DNA of 64,000 nucleotides from Escherichia coli (GTDB lineage Bacteria; Pseudomonadota; Gammaproteobacteria; Enterobacterales; Enterobacteriaceae): NCBI RefSeq assembly GCF_024223415.1, contig NZ_CP100500.1; one strand, 5' to 3'. Shown piece by piece: positions 10,374 to 23,027 of this stretch (position 1 is its first letter; each line of letters starts with the position of its first letter). The notes under the pieces were generated by a model. It saw only the letters and a program-made list of their open reading frames with translations, ran no database searches and was not told where the DNA came from. The position numbers and the translations under genes were made by a program.

Positions 10374-11735
10374 ATGTTTGATAATTTAACCGATCGTTTG
10401 TCGCGCACGCTGCGCAATATCAGTGGCCGTGGACGCCTCACTGAAGACAACGTAAAAGATACGCTGCGCGAAGTGCGCATGGCGCTGCTGGAGGCGGACG
10501 TCGCTCTGCCGGTAGTGCGTGAGTTTATCAATCGCGTAAAAGAGAAAGCGGTTGGTCATGAAGTTAATAAGAGCCTGACGCCGGGGCAGGAGTTCGTCAA
10601 AATCGTCCGTAACGAACTGGTTGCGGCGATGGGCGAAGAGAACCAGACCCTGAACCTGGCTGCGCAACCGCCTGCGGTCGTACTGATGGCGGGCCTGCAA
10701 GGTGCCGGTAAAACAACCAGCGTTGGTAAACTCGGTAAGTTCCTGCGCGAGAAGCACAAGAAGAAAGTGCTGGTGGTTTCTGCCGACGTTTATCGCCCGG
10801 CGGCAATCAAACAGCTTGAGACGCTGGCAGAGCAGGTGGGCGTTGATTTCTTCCCTTCTGATGTTGGTCAGAAGCCGGTAGATATCGTTAACGCGGCGCT
10901 GAAAGAAGCCAAACTGAAATTCTACGACGTGCTGCTGGTGGATACCGCTGGTCGTCTGCACGTTGACGAAGCGATGATGGACGAGATCAAACAAGTCCAT
11001 GCGTCGATTAACCCGGTTGAAACCCTGTTTGTGGTTGACGCCATGACCGGTCAGGATGCGGCCAATACGGCAAAAGCATTCAATGAAGCGTTACCGCTTA
11101 CCGGCGTAGTGTTGACCAAAGTGGACGGCGATGCCCGCGGCGGTGCGGCGCTCTCTATTCGTCACATCACTGGCAAACCGATCAAGTTCCTCGGTGTTGG
11201 CGAGAAAACTGAGGCGCTGGAGCCGTTCCATCCGGACCGCATCGCGTCGCGTATTCTCGGCATGGGCGACGTACTGTCGCTGATCGAAGATATCGAAAGC
11301 AAAGTTGACCGCGCGCAGGCAGAGAAATTAGCCAGCAAGCTGAAAAAAGGTGACGGCTTCGATCTCAACGACTTCCTTGAGCAACTGCGCCAGATGAAAA
11401 ATATGGGCGGCATGGCCAGCCTGATGGGTAAACTGCCGGGCATGGGGCAGATCCCGGATAACGTCAAGTCACAGATGGACGATAAAGTGCTGGTGCGTAT
11501 GGAAGCCATCATCAACTCGATGACGATGAAAGAGCGCGCTAAGCCAGAAATCATCAAAGGTTCGCGTAAACGCCGTATTGCTGCCGGTTGCGGTATGCAG
11601 GTGCAGGACGTTAACCGTCTTCTGAAACAGTTCGACGACATGCAGCGCATGATGAAGAAAATGAAGAAGGGCGGAATGGCGAAGATGATGAGAAGCATGA
11701 AAGGGATGATGCCACCAGGATTTCCTGGTCGCTAA
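10374..11735 (+). CDS. ffh: Signal recognition particle protein Ffh
   Basis: 453-aa ORF with GTPase motifs (GLQGAGKTT, DTAGR) and Met-rich C-terminal M domain. Confidence 0.97.
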   Translation: MFDNLTDRLSRTLRNISGRGRLTEDNVKDTLREVRMALLEADVALPVVREFINRVKEKAVGHEVNKSLTPGQEFVKIVRNELVAAMGEENQTLNLAAQPPAVVLMAGLQGAGKTTSVGKLGKFLREKHKKKVLVVSADVYRPAAIKQLETLAEQVGVDFFPSDVGQKPVDIVNAALKEAKLKFYDVLLVDTAGRLHVDEAMMDEIKQVHASINPVETLFVVDAMTGQDAANTAKAFNEALPLTGVVLTKVDGDARGGAALSIRHITGKPIKFLGVGEKTEALEPFHPDRIASRILGMGDVLSLIEDIESKVDRAQAEKLASKLKKGDGFDLNDFLEQLRQMKNMGGMASLMGKLPGMGQIPDNVKSQMDDKVLVRMEAIINSMTMKERAKPEIIKGSRKRRIAAGCGMQVQDVNRLLKQFDDMQRMMKKMKKGGMAKMMRSMKGMMPPGFPGR

Positions 11736-11793
11736 ATGACCTTATGCGACAGAGTTATTAACTGCTGATTGCATTTTCTCCAGAAATCAGTAA

Positions 11794-12120
<327 letters not shown>

Positions 12121-12138
12121 TCTGTCACGGTGGTCATG

Positions 12139-12687
12139 ATGAGCAAACAACTCACCGCGCAAGCACCTGTTGATCCCATCGTTTTGGGAAAAATGGGTTC
12201 GTCTTACGGTATTCGTGGGTGGCTCAGAGTGTTTTCTTCCACCGAAGACGCCGAAAGCATTTTTGACTATCAGCCCTGGTTTATCCAGAAGGCGGGTCAG
12301 TGGCAGCAAGTCCAGCTGGAAAGCTGGAAGCACCACAATCAGGACATGATCATCAAGCTGAAAGGCGTTGACGATCGTGATGCGGCGAACCTGCTGACGA
12401 ATTGTGAAATTGTCGTGGATTCATCGCAACTGCCTCAGCTTGAAGAGGGTGACTACTACTGGAAAGACCTGATGGGTTGCCAGGTAGTAACCACTGAAGG
12501 CTACGATCTCGGTAAAGTCGTCGATATGATGGAAACCGGATCTAATGACGTTCTCGTCATTAAGGCAAACCTGAAAGATGCGTTTGGTATCAAGGAACGT
12601 CTCGTACCGTTCCTCGATGGGCAGGTTATCAAGAAAGTCGATCTCACTACTCGTTCAATCGAAGTAGATTGGGATCCTGGTTTTTAA
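12139..12687 (+). CDS. rimM: 16S rRNA processing protein RimM
   Basis: [31 protein letters not shown]..., 182 aa from the second ATG. Confidence 0.93.
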
Positions 12688-12717
12688 ACCACCGGATAAA
12701 CGGTAAAAGACGGCGCT

Positions 12718-13485
12718 ATGTGGATTGGCATAATTAGCCTGTTTCCTGAAATGTTCCGCGCAATTACCGATTACGGGGTAACTGGCCGGGCAGTTAAAAA
12801 TGGCCTGCTGAGCATCCAGAGCTGGAGTCCTCGCGACTTCACGCATGACCGGCACCGTACCGTGGACGATCGTCCTTACGGCGGCGGACCGGGGATGTTA
12901 ATGATGGTGCAACCCTTGCGGGACGCCATTCATGCAGCAAAAGCCGCGGCGGGTGAAGGCGCAAAGGTGATTTATCTGTCACCACAGGGACGCAAGCTTG
13001 ATCAAGCGGGCGTCAGCGAGCTAGCAACGAATCAAAAATTGATTCTGGTGTGCGGTCGCTACGAAGGTATAGATGAGCGCGTGATCCAAACCGAAATTGA
13101 CGAAGAATGGTCAATCGGCGATTACGTTCTCAGTGGTGGTGAGTTACCAGCAATGACGCTGATTGACTCCGTTTCCCGGTTTATTCCGGGAGTACTGGGA
13201 CATGAAGCCTCGGCAACGGAAGATTCCTTTGCTGAAGGATTGCTGGATTGCCCGCACTATACGCGGCCTGAGGTGTTAGAAGGGATGGAGGTTCCGCCAG
13301 TGTTACTGTCGGGCAACCATGCCGAGATACGTCGCTGGCGTTTGAAACAGTCGCTGGGCCGTACCTGGCTTAGAAGACCTGAACTTCTGGAAAACCTGGC
13401 TCTGACTGAAGAGCAAGCAAGGTTGCTGGCGGAGTTCAAAACGGAACACGCACAACAGCAACATAAACATGATGGGATGGCGTAA
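12718..13485 (+). CDS. trmD: tRNA (guanine37-N1)-methyltransferase TrmD
   Basis: 255-aa [34 protein letters not shown]... Confidence 0.97.
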
Positions 13486-13523
13486 GCCCCCGAGATATCA
13501 GTTTACCCAGGATAAGAGATTAA

Positions 13524-13874
<351 letters not shown>

Positions 13875-13950
13875 GATTTCGCTTAAGCGACATCCTGTTA
13901 AGAAGGGCTGGCCAATTGGCTGGCCCTTTTTTTATCTGTTTGCTCGTGTT

Positions 13951-14433
13951 TTAAGGGGTAGTAATCACCACTGCGACGCGGCGGTTCTCGGCGCGGCCCA
14001 GGGCGGTCTTGTTACTAGCTATGGGATATTTTTTTCCTAAACCCTGTGTGGTGAGATTGCTGCGTGGAATTTGTCCACCCATAGCCCATGCATCGGCCAC
14101 GACATTCGCCCGTTTCAATGATAAGCCTTCGTTGTAACTGTCTTCACCATAGTTATCGGTGTGTCCATCCATACGGGCATGTGTTAGCCCTGTCGAGGCC
14201 AATTTGGCTGCCATGGTTTGGATCTGTTGCTGGCTTTCCGGGAGCAATTTGTAGTCATTTTTTGCGAACAGAATGGCATCTGATAAGCCCAGCGACCAGT
14301 CGCCGGCGGATTCAGTAAATCCATAAGATTGCATAGCGGCGACTTGCTCAGGAGTAAACTTTCCCTGAGGGGACTGGCAGCCAGTCAGTATTAGTGAGGT
14401 GAAAATCAGGGGTGCTACCAGGTGCTTTATCAT
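13951..14433 (-). CDS. yfiB: OmpA-family outer membrane lipoprotein YfiB
   Basis: 160-aa ORF with lipobox (LTGCQ) and OmpA-like C-terminus (NRRVAVVITTP). Confidence 0.93.
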   Translation of the reverse strand: MIKHLVAPLIFTSLILTGCQSPQGKFTPEQVAAMQSYGFTESAGDWSLGLSDAILFAKNDYKLLPESQQQIQTMAAKLASTGLTHARMDGHTDNYGEDSYNEGLSLKRANVVADAWAMGGQIPRSNLTTQGLGKKYPIASNKTALGRAENRRVAVVITTP

Positions 14434-14448
14434 ATCGATATATCCTTG

Positions 14449-15675
14449 TTATCTCACCAGCTTTTCGGCACGCTGGTGTTTGGCCTGATACATATTGTGA
14501 TCGGCAAGCTCTTGTAATTTTTCCGCAGAGGCGTGCGCAATGGTCATTGCGTAACCAATGCTTAATGTCATGGTGGTCTGATGGCCATTATGAAGATCAA
14601 ACGGGAGATTAAAGATTTGTGTCAGTGCTGAGCATATCTGCTGCACTTCAGATTCCGACTGTACACCATAGAGCACCATAGCGAATTCATCGCCGCCCAG
14701 GCGGTATGCTTTATGTCGCAGCCCGCCAAATTCAGCTAACCGTTTTGCGATTTCAATCAAGACTCTATCGCCCGTCGCATGACCCCAGGTATCATTGATA
14801 TATTTGAAATTATCGCCATCAAGAAATAGTAACGCCGACGTTTTTCGGGCAGCGGAATTGTTCATCAACGTATTGATGCCGCTACGAAACGCTGCGCGGT
14901 TAGCCAGCCCGGTTAATGGGTCATGTAGCGCGGTACGTAGAAGCTGCGCATTTTTGGCCTGTAAACGAAGCTGCCACTCTTCCATTTCATCCAGCAGACT
15001 GTTGAAGTCGAGAGCGAAGCGGTGAAACTCAGCGATACGTTCTTCCGAAACTCGTCGGGAAAAATTGCGGTTGGAACGCACATCATGTACGACATCGGTG
15101 ATATTTTTCAGTGCTTCCACCAGGCCATTGTGCAAATGGCGGGTGAGGGTAATTGCGATTCCTGATGCCAGCAGAATACAACCGGTCAGTACGGCGAGCG
15201 AAAACCAGATAAAATGGCTGATTGAACTGTCGCGAGCGGTTAAGCGTACTTCGCCAATGGTTTCACCATTGTGACGAATCGGCTGAATGATGGGGGCAGG
15301 GAAGAGCCAGTGGCTTATGAAATTGCTGAAAGTATCGCCTGGATCCTTACGGGTGTAATGCCAGGATGCCAGAATATTTTGCTGCTTATCACGTACTTCT
15401 GCAGTTGAAAATTGCCCTTGCTGGCCCAGCGCTGCCAGTGTTTCAGTTGCTGCAGGGCCATCGGCAAAAACGACAGCTGCTTCCAGACTGTAAGTCATTG
15501 TTGCTGCTGTCAGTGCCAGGTTTTTTTGCGCGTACTGTTTCAGGGTCAGCACCGAGGTCACGGAAAGCAGCAACCAGATCAGCATCATAGTGATAAATAT
15601 GCTGGTCATACTGATGTTGCGTAATGCTCTTTTAAACGTGGGGCGCTTATTAAGAGAATTATCGTTATCCATCAT
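14449..15675 (-). CDS. dgcN: Diguanylate cyclase YfiN/DgcN (membrane, HAMP-GGDEF)
   Basis: 408-aa ORF with two TM segments and GGDEF motif (RLGGDEF). Confidence 0.93.
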
Positions 15676-16183
15676 TTTTCTTCCGTGCGAGCATTAAGAC
15701 ATCCGGGTTGACCTTTACACCGCTACGCGATAAGGCATCCAGGTTTACGGCAAATCTGACGTCATTATTGTGGATGATCAGACAAAAGGCGCTACCAATA
15801 ATGCACTCGGTATTTTGTTCGGCAATTAATAATAACGCCTTTGACGGATATTGTTCGGTTAATTCCATCTGGAATGTCGGTGACTCGTTGCCAAAATAAA
15901 AACCATTGCAGCCTGAAATCATCGCCTCTTGTTGAGTGTGAATGATGACAGGCAGATAAGGCAAAGATGTCGCGGCATTCTCTTGTAGGGCGGTACTAAA
16001 ACGTGAAGATGAAAAGATACATAACTTTGGTGGCCCTGATAGCGCAGGCCAGCGGGTGTAACTGACAATACCGGAAACCATCATACGCACGTTTTTCGCA
16101 ACGTCAGAAGGCTCCTGAGCGAGTATTGGTGCTCCCGTCAGCAGGAGAATCAGCAGTAAGAACAGTCGGTGAGAAAAACGCAT
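15665..16183 (-). CDS. yfiR: Periplasmic regulator YfiR
   Basis: 172-aa ORF with signal peptide [23 protein letters not shown]; overlaps the dgcN start. Confidence 0.9.
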
Positions 16184-16332
16184 TCAGGGATCCCCACCAT
16201 CTTCGCTCGAAATGCATCGATATTTTTTCAGAATGCTCATTAAAATATCATTATTTCATGCGGTCGTCATCATTGTGAGAAATAAAACATAATGAGTAAA
16301 ATCTTATGTTTAATTTATTTGTGGGGTTTTAA

Positions 16333-16698
16333 TTAATTTAATCGTATTGCGCTGGCATTTTCATCAGCCCCTTTTTGCCATACTTCATGCAGTTGGCTGG
16401 CATTTTCAACATTGTTGCAGCTGGCAGGAAAGCTTTTACCGGAAAGTCCTCGGGCATAAGTAAAATCGGTCTGGCAAGTTTTCTTTTGTCCTTCGGCATA
16501 TCCTTTAAGGTATAGACCGCGATCCGCCTGTGAATCGCTAAATGCATCGTCATCTTTTATGGCGCTGCCCGATATCGCATCTTCCATACCAACATCATAC
16601 CAGTCGGTGCTGGTCAAGGTTGGCGCGTGAGTATAAGGATCAATCTGGCATCCGCTAACCAGTAAAGCCAACAAGGGGGCGATAAACTTTTTCATCAT
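16333..16698 (-). CDS. yfiL: Lipoprotein YfiL
   Basis: Start at ATG preceded by AAGGAG (MMKKFIAPLLALLVSGCQ..., 121 aa); the track ORF is extended 13 codons upstream. Confidence 0.85.
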   Translation of the reverse strand: MMKKFIAPLLALLVSGCQIDPYTHAPTLTSTDWYDVGMEDAISGSAIKDDDAFSDSQADRGLYLKGYAEGQKKTCQTDFTYARGLSGKSFPASCNNVENASQLHEVWQKGADENASAIRLN

Positions 16699-16739
16699 TT
16701 CTTTCTCCTTTTTCAAAGCATAGCGGATTGTTTTCAAAG

Positions 16740-16830
16740 GTGGTGTAAATTTATCTATACAGAATCAAGGGTTGAAAGCGCGAATAAATTGCTTGTGTAA
16801 AGAAAAATGTACGAAATATGGATTGAAAAC
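16740..16830 (+). promoter_or_regulatory. aroF promoter region with TyrR boxes
   Basis: TGTAAATTTATCTATACA at 16744-16761 fits the TyrR box TGTAAA-N6-TTTACA; weaker TGTAAA-N6-TGTACG at 16796-16813. Confidence 0.5.
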
Positions 16831-16907
16831 TTTACTTTATGTGTTATCGTTACGTCATCCTCGCTGAGGATCAACTATCGCAAACGAGCATAAACAGGAT
16901 CGCCATC

Positions 16908-17978
16908 ATGCAAAAAGACGCGCTGAATAACGTACATATTACCGACGAACAGGTTTTAATGACTCCGGCACAACTGAAGGCCGCTTTTCCATTAAGCCTG
17001 CAACAAGAAGCCCAGATTGCTGACTCGCGTAAAACCATTTCAGATATTATCGCCGGGCGCGATCCTCGTCTGCTGGTAGTATGTGGTCCTTGTTCCATTC
17101 ATGATCCGGAAACTGCTCTGGAATATGCTCGTCGATTTAAAGCCCTTGCCGCAGAGGTCAGCGATAGCCTCTATCTGGTAATGCGCGTCTATTTTGAAAA
17201 ACCCCGTACCACTGTCGGCTGGAAAGGGTTAATTAACGATCCCCATATGGATGGCTCTTTTGATGTAGAAGCCGGGCTGCAGATCGCGCGTAAATTGCTG
17301 CTTGAGCTGGTGAATATGGGACTGCCACTGGCGACGGAAGCGTTAGATCCGAATAGCCCGCAATACCTGGGCGATCTGTTTAGCTGGTCAGCAATTGGTG
17401 CTCGTACAACGGAATCGCAAACTCACCGTGAAATGGCCTCCGGGCTTTCCATGCCGGTTGGTTTTAAAAACGGCACCGACGGCAGTCTGGCAACAGCAAT
17501 TAACGCTATGCGCGCCGCCGCCCAGCCGCACCGTTTTGTTGGCATTAACCAGGCAGGGCAGGTTGCGTTGCTACAAACTCAGGGGAATCCGGACGGGCAT
17601 GTCATCCTGCGCGGTGGTAAAGCGCCGAACTATAGCCCTGCGGATGTTGCGCAATGTGAAAAAGAGATGGAACAGGCGGGACTGCGCCCGTCTCTGATGG
17701 TAGATTGCAGCCACGGTAATTCCAATAAAGATTATCGCCGTCAGCCTGCGGTGGCAGAATCCGTGGTTGCTCAAATCAAAGATGGCAATCGCTCAATTAT
17801 TGGTCTGATGATCGAAAGTAATATCCACGAGGGCAATCAGTCTTCCGAGCAACCGCGCAGTGAAATGAAATACGGTGTATCCGTAACCGATGCCTGCATT
17901 AGCTGGGAAATGACCGATGCCTTGCTGCGTGAAATTCATCAGGATCTGAACGGGCAGCTGACGGCTCGCGTGGCTTAA
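16908..17978 (+). CDS. aroF: DAHP synthase, Tyr-sensitive (AroF)
   Basis: [29 protein letters not shown]..., 356 aa from the internal ATG; the track ORF is extended upstream. Confidence 0.95.
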   Translation: MQKDALNNVHITDEQVLMTPAQLKAAFPLSLQQEAQIADSRKTISDIIAGRDPRLLVVCGPCSIHDPETALEYARRFKALAAEVSDSLYLVMRVYFEKPRTTVGWKGLINDPHMDGSFDVEAGLQIARKLLLELVNMGLPLATEALDPNSPQYLGDLFSWSAIGARTTESQTHREMASGLSMPVGFKNGTDGSLATAINAMRAAAQPHRFVGINQAGQVALLQTQGNPDGHVILRGGKAPNYSPADVAQCEKEMEQAGLRPSLMVDCSHGNSNKDYRRQPAVAESVVAQIKDGNRSIIGLMIESNIHEGNQSSEQPRSEMKYGVSVTDACISWEMTDALLREIHQDLNGQLTARVA

Positions 17979-17988
17979 GAGGTTTATT

Positions 17989-19110
17989 ATGGTTGCTGAA
18001 TTGACCGCATTACGCGATCAAATTGATGAAGTCGATAAAGCGCTGCTGAATTTATTAGCGAAGCGTCTGGAACTGGTTGCTGAAGTGGGAGAGGTGAAAA
18101 GCCGCTTTGGACTGCCTATTTATGTTCCGGAGCGAGAGGCATCTATGTTGGCCTCGCGTCGTGCAGAGGCGGAAGCTCTGGGTGTACCGCCAGATCTGAT
18201 TGAGGATGTTTTGCGTCGGGTGATGCGTGAATCTTACTCCAGTGAAAACGACAAAGGATTTAAAACACTTTGTCCTGCGTTACGCCCGGTAGTTATCGTT
18301 GGCGGCGGCGGTCAGATGGGACGTCTGTTCGAGAAGATGCTGACACTCTCGGGTTATCAGGTGCGGATTCTGGAGCAACATGACTGGGATCGAGCGGCTG
18401 ATATTGTTGCCGATGCCGGAATGGTGATTGTTAGTGTGCCAATCCACGTTACTGAGCAAGTTATTGGCAAATTACCGCCTTTACCGAAAGATTGTATTCT
18501 GGTTGATCTGGCATCAGTGAAAAATGGACCATTACAGGCCATGCTGGCGGCGCACGATGGCCCGGTACTGGGGTTACACCCGATGTTCGGCCCGGACAGC
18601 GGTAGCCTGGCAAAGCAAGTTGTGGTCTGGTGTGATGGACGTAAGCCGGAAGCATACCAATGGTTTCTGGAGCAAATTCAGGTCTGGGGCGCTCGGTTGC
18701 ATCGTATTAGCGCTGTCGAGCACGATCAGAATATGGCGTTTATTCAGGCTCTGCGCCACTTTGCTACTTTTGCTTACGGGCTGCACCTGGCAGAAGAAAA
18801 TGTTCAGCTTGAGCAACTTCTGGCGCTCTCTTCGCCGATTTACCGCCTTGAGCTGGCGATGGTCGGGCGACTGTTTGCTCAGGATCCGCAGCTTTATGCC
18901 GACATTATTATGTCGTCAGAGCGTAATCTGGCGTTAATCAAACGTTACTATAAGCGTTTCGGCGAGGCGATTGAGTTGCTGGAGCAGGGCGATAAGCAGG
19001 CGTTTATTGACAGTTTCCGCAAGGTGGAGCACTGGTTCGGCGATTACGCACAGCGTTTTCAGAGTGAAAGCCGCGTGTTATTGCGTCAGGCGAATGACAA
19101 TCGCCAGTAA
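17989..19110 (+). CDS. tyrA: Chorismate mutase / prephenate dehydrogenase (T-protein)
   Basis: 373-aa [40 protein letters not shown]... Confidence 0.97.
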   Translation: MVAELTALRDQIDEVDKALLNLLAKRLELVAEVGEVKSRFGLPIYVPEREASMLASRRAEAEALGVPPDLIEDVLRRVMRESYSSENDKGFKTLCPALRPVVIVGGGGQMGRLFEKMLTLSGYQVRILEQHDWDRAADIVADAGMVIVSVPIHVTEQVIGKLPPLPKDCILVDLASVKNGPLQAMLAAHDGPVLGLHPMFGPDSGSLAKQVVVWCDGRKPEAYQWFLEQIQVWGARLHRISAVEHDQNMAFIQALRHFATFAYGLHLAEENVQLEQLLALSSPIYRLELAMVGRLFAQDPQLYADIIMSSERNLALIKRYYKRFGEAIELLEQGDKQAFIDSFRKVEHWFGDYAQRFQSESRVLLRQANDNRQ

Positions 19111-19112
19111 TA

Positions 19113-19150
19113 ATCCAGTGCCGGATGATTCACATCATCCGGCACCTTTT
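19113..19150. terminator. Bidirectional terminator hairpin between convergent tyrA and pheA
   Basis: Inverted repeat GTGCCGGATGA-TTCACA-TCATCCGGCAC followed by TTTT. Confidence 0.6.
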
Positions 19151-19152
19151 CA

Positions 19153-20313
19153 TCAGGTTGGATCAACAGGCACTACGTTCTCACTTGGGTAACAGCCCAA
19201 TACCTTCATTGAACGAGTGATTTCCCCTAACTCTTTCAATGCTTTTTGCATTTCCGCTGATTCAAGATTGGCCTGAATATCCAGATAAAACATCTCTTCC
19301 CATGGATTACCGTGAATCGGGCGTGATTCCAGACGGGTCATAATCAGATTGTGGTTGCGCAGTACCAGCAACGCTTCAACCAGCGCACCAGCTTGTTGTC
19401 CGGTCGCCATTAACAACGTGGTTTTCGCCGGAACCTGGTCAGACACATTAATGGCTTTACGTGCCAACACCACAAATCGGGTGAAGTTTTGTCGCTGATT
19501 CGCTTCAATACGCTCCAGTACCTGCAAACCGTACAAAGTGCCGCCAGCTTCGCTTCCCAACGCAGCAACATACGGTGATTTTGCCTGTGCAACCTTTTCC
19601 ATTGCCGCAGACGTACTTTCGGTATATTCAATCTTCCAGTGCGGATAACGATTAAGGAATTTGCTGCATTGCTGGAATGGCTGCGGATGGCTGTAGACCG
19701 TATTGATGGTGGATAAATCAGTAGTGCCAGAGACCAACAAACAATGGTCGATAGTTAACGTCATCTCGCCAACAATCGACAAGCTGGTATGTTGCAGCAG
19801 ATCGTAAACGTCATTTATGGCACCGGAGCTGGTATTTTCAATCGGTACGACGGCATAGTCGGCCTGGCCGGTTTCCACCTGATTAAAAATATCGGCAAAT
19901 TTGGCGCAGCCACTTTCAATGAATTGCTCAAAGTGACGGGCAGCATACTGGCGCGCCGCAAGATGGGAATAAGAACCTTTGGGGCCGAGAAAAGCGATGC
20001 GTGCTGAGTGCGGATTAATTTTATTGAGATGTTGCTGGAGCAAAGCCTGCTGAGTTAATACGGAATCTTCAATGATGAGCTGGAACAGGCGAGTAATGTA
20101 ATGGGCGTCCAGATGGTGCGCTTTACCGAGCGTAATTAATCTTTCCAGTAAATCGCGTTCACGATCAATATCACGTACCGGGCGATGCGAGAGCAGTTTG
20201 GCTTTTCCCACCTCGACGGCCAGTTCGCGCCGCTCTGCGAGTAATGCTAATAATTTTTCATCCAGCGCGCTGATTTTCTCTCGCAGCGCCAGTAACGGGT
20301 TTTCCGATGTCAT
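19153..20313 (-). CDS. pheA: Chorismate mutase / prephenate dehydratase (P-protein)
   Basis: 386-aa [40 protein letters not shown]... Confidence 0.97.
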   Translation of the reverse strand: MTSENPLLALREKISALDEKLLALLAERRELAVEVGKAKLLSHRPVRDIDRERDLLERLITLGKAHHLDAHYITRLFQLIIEDSVLTQQALLQQHLNKINPHSARIAFLGPKGSYSHLAARQYAARHFEQFIESGCAKFADIFNQVETGQADYAVVPIENTSSGAINDVYDLLQHTSLSIVGEMTLTIDHCLLVSGTTDLSTINTVYSHPQPFQQCSKFLNRYPHWKIEYTESTSAAMEKVAQAKSPYVAALGSEAGGTLYGLQVLERIEANQRQNFTRFVVLARKAINVSDQVPAKTTLLMATGQQAGALVEALLVLRNHNLIMTRLESRPIHGNPWEEMFYLDIQANLESAEMQKALKELGEITRSMKVLGCYPSENVVPVDPT

Positions 20314-20334
20314 AGTGTTGCCTTTTTGTTATCA

Positions 20335-20366
20335 ATAAAAAAGGCCCCCCGATTTGGGAGGCCTTA
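20335..20366 (-). terminator. pheA attenuator terminator
   Basis: Minus strand reads AAGGCCTCCCAAATCGGGGGGCC followed by TTTTTTAT, between pheL and pheA. Confidence 0.8.
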
Positions 20367-20411
20367 TTGTTCGTCTTCGCATTCTGTTTCACACGACGAA
20401 ACGCCTCCCAT

Positions 20412-20459
20412 TCAGGGGAAGGTAAAAAAGAATGCGAAGAAAAACGGTGTGTGTTTCAT
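20412..20459 (-). CDS. pheL: pheA leader peptide, 15 aa ([15 protein letters not shown])
   Basis: ATG ...TGA read directly; 7 Phe codons in 15 residues; below the ORF-track size cut-off. Confidence 0.9.
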   Translation of the reverse strand: [15 protein letters not shown]

Positions 20460-20484
20460 GTTTGTTTCCTTAAGTGACTTTAGT

Positions 20485-20514
20485 ACAGTACCCGTACTGT
20501 TTTCACGCTGTCAA
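20485..20514 (-). promoter_or_regulatory. Probable pheL-pheA promoter (-35 TTGACA, -10 about TACTGT)
   Basis: Minus strand reads TTGACA (20514-20509), about 18 nt spacer, then TACTGT; the -10 region lies in the palindrome ACAGTAC-CC-GTACTGT. Confidence 0.45.
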
Positions 20515-20539
20515 CAAAAAACGCGCCCGAAGGCGCGTT
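20513..20539 (-). terminator. raiA terminator
   Basis: Minus strand reads hairpin ACGCGCC-TTCG-GGCGCGT followed by TTTTTTG, downstream of the raiA stop. Confidence 0.6.
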
Positions 20540-20562
20540 GGCGATACACTCAATATAAAGGA

Positions 20563-20958
<396 letters not shown>

Positions 20959-21127
20959 TCAAAATGTGTGATGGGAATCTCATAATTTTGTCACTTTTTG
21001 TCAGCGAATCTTTTTTGTGAGAAATCGCAGGAAGAGGTGTTTTTTTACTTGAGGAATATCTCAAAGCGAGCCATATTTGATGAGATCGATAGCGACTAAA
21101 TCGCTTCAGTTTCACAACTGACGGAAT

Positions 21128-21160
21128 AAAAAAACGGCAGCTCAAGGGCTGCCGTTTTGT
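21128..21160 (-). terminator. bamD terminator hairpin
   Basis: AAAACGGCAGC-TCAAGG-GCTGCCGTTTT with A/T runs on both sides. Confidence 0.55.
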
Positions 21161-21174
21161 GTTTCAGGTTTCTG

Positions 21175-21912
21175 TTATGTATTGCTGCTGTTTGCGGCGA
21201 TGATTTTCGCTACTTTTTCAGCTTGCGCATTCATCTGCATCTGACGGTATGCATTTTCCATCAGCGGCAGCGCATCACGCGTAGCCTGGGTATCCGGGTA
21301 GTCGCGCAACATGCCTTCTACGCGGTTAACGACGGCAACCCATGCGCCACGTTCTGTATAGTACTCGGCCACGGAGTATTCATATTTCGCCAGACGATCT
21401 TTCAGGAATACCAGACGTTTGGTGGCATCGGTGGTGTACTGACTGTTTGGATAGCCGCGCACCAGTTTGGAAAAGTCACTAAACGCAGCTCGTGCATGTT
21501 GAGGATCGCGATCGCTACGGTCAACGCCAAAGAACCCTTGCAGCGCACTGTCATCCAGCGCCATATTGGTCAGGCCACGCATGTACATGACATAATCGAT
21601 ATTCGGATGGGTCGGGTTTAGGCGAATAAAACGATCGATGGCAGCCTGCGCTAACGGCAAATCGGCGTTTTTATAGTAGGCGTAGATGAGATCCAGCTGC
21701 ACCTGCTGCGAATACGGACCAAACGGATAGCGATTATCTAACGCTTCCAGTTGCGTTATTGCCTGTCTCCAGTTACCGTCCTGCAGCTTTTGTTGTGCAG
21801 TCGCGTAAATTTCATTTGGCGGATTATCAGGTACTTCTTCCTTTGACCCCGAGCAACCCGCCAAAAACAGGCTTAGTGTGGCGGCTGCCACCAGATATTT
21901 CATGCGCGTCAT
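21175..21912 (-). CDS. bamD: Outer membrane protein assembly factor BamD (YfiO) lipoprotein
   Basis: 245-aa ORF with lipobox (FLAGCSG) and TPR-like repeats. Confidence 0.95.
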
Positions 21913-22046
21913 GACGTTTTGACTTTCCTCAAAATGTAATACGGGAGATTCTCTGTTCCTGCTCCCGGTTAAGACCAGCTACAATAGCACACTATATTAA
22001 ACGGCAAAGCCGTAAAACCCCAACGATAAACGAAGAAGCAGTATAT

Positions 22047-23027
22047 ATGGCACAACGAGTACAGCTCACTGCAACGGTGTCCGAAAACCAACTCGGACAA
22101 CGCTTAGATCAGGCTTTGGCCGAAATGTTCCCGGATTATTCACGTTCGCGAATAAAAGAATGGATCCTCGACCAGCGCGTGCTGGTAAACGGCAAAGTTT
22201 GTGATAAGCCGAAAGAAAAAGTATTGGGTGGCGAGCAGGTTGCCATCAATGCTGAGATTGAAGAAGAAGCGCGTTTTGAACCGCAGGATATCCCGCTGGA
22301 TATCGTCTATGAAGATGAAGATATCATCGTCATTAATAAACCGCGCGATCTGGTGGTACATCCTGGCGCGGGTAACCCGGATGGCACGGTACTGAATGCG
22401 TTGCTTCATTACTATCCGCCCATTGCCGATGTACCACGTGCGGGCATCGTCCATCGTCTGGATAAAGACACCACTGGCCTGATGGTTGTGGCAAAAACCG
22501 TTCCGGCTCAGACGCGTTTAGTCGAATCTTTGCAAAGGCGTGAAATTACTCGTGAGTATGAAGCGGTGGCAATTGGTCATATGACCGCTGGCGGTACAGT
22601 AGATGAACCAATCAGCCGCCACCCGACCAAACGTACTCACATGGCGGTGCATCCGATGGGCAAACCGGCGGTGACTCACTATCGCATCATGGAACACTTC
22701 CGTGTGCACACGCGTCTGCGGTTGCGTCTGGAAACTGGACGTACGCACCAGATCCGCGTGCATATGGCCCATATCACTCATCCGCTGGTGGGCGATCCGG
22801 TTTATGGTGGCCGTCCGCGTCCGCCAAAAGGTGCTTCGGAAGCGTTTATTTCCACATTGCGTAAGTTTGACCGCCAGGCGCTTCATGCAACCATGTTGCG
22901 TCTTTATCACCCGATCTCCGGCATCGAAATGGAATGGCATGCGCCTATTCCACAAGATATGGTGGAGCTGATTGAGGCGATGCGTGCCGATTTCGAAGAA
23001 CATAAGGATGAAGTGGACTGGTTATGA
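22047..23027 (+). CDS. rluD: 23S rRNA pseudouridine synthase RluD
   Basis: 326-aa ORF with S4 domain and catalytic HRLDKDTTGLMVVAK motif. Confidence 0.95.
   Translation: MAQRVQLTATVSENQLGQRLDQALAEMFPDYSRSRIKEWILDQRVLVNGKVCDKPKEKVLGGEQVAINAEIEEEARFEPQDIPLDIVYEDEDIIVINKPRDLVVHPGAGNPDGTVLNALLHYYPPIADVPRAGIVHRLDKDTTGLMVVAKTVPAQTRLVESLQRREITREYEAVAIGHMTAGGTVDEPISRHPTKRTHMAVHPMGKPAVTHYRIMEHFRVHTRLRLRLETGRTHQIRVHMAHITHPLVGDPVYGGRPRPPKGASEAFISTLRKFDRQALHATMLRLYHPISGIEMEWHAPIPQDMVELIEAMRADFEEHKDEVDWL

Noticed and set aside
16839-16907. N-terminal extensions in the ORF track for aroF and many other genes (clpB, kgtP, yfiF, yfiE, trmN6, rpoE, rseA, pdxJ, rpsP, rimM, grcA, yfiP, yfiL, pssA)
   Set aside because: The track takes the longest frame and accepts TTG/GTG as starts; in each case a downstream ATG with a Shine-Dalgarno sequence gives the well-known protein length.
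20485-20500. Palindrome ACAGTAC-CC-GTACTGT upstream of pheL as a possible repressor operator
   Set aside because: It overlaps the most likely -10 region of the pheL-pheA promoter, and pheA is known to be controlled by attenuation, so a promoter element is the simpler reading.
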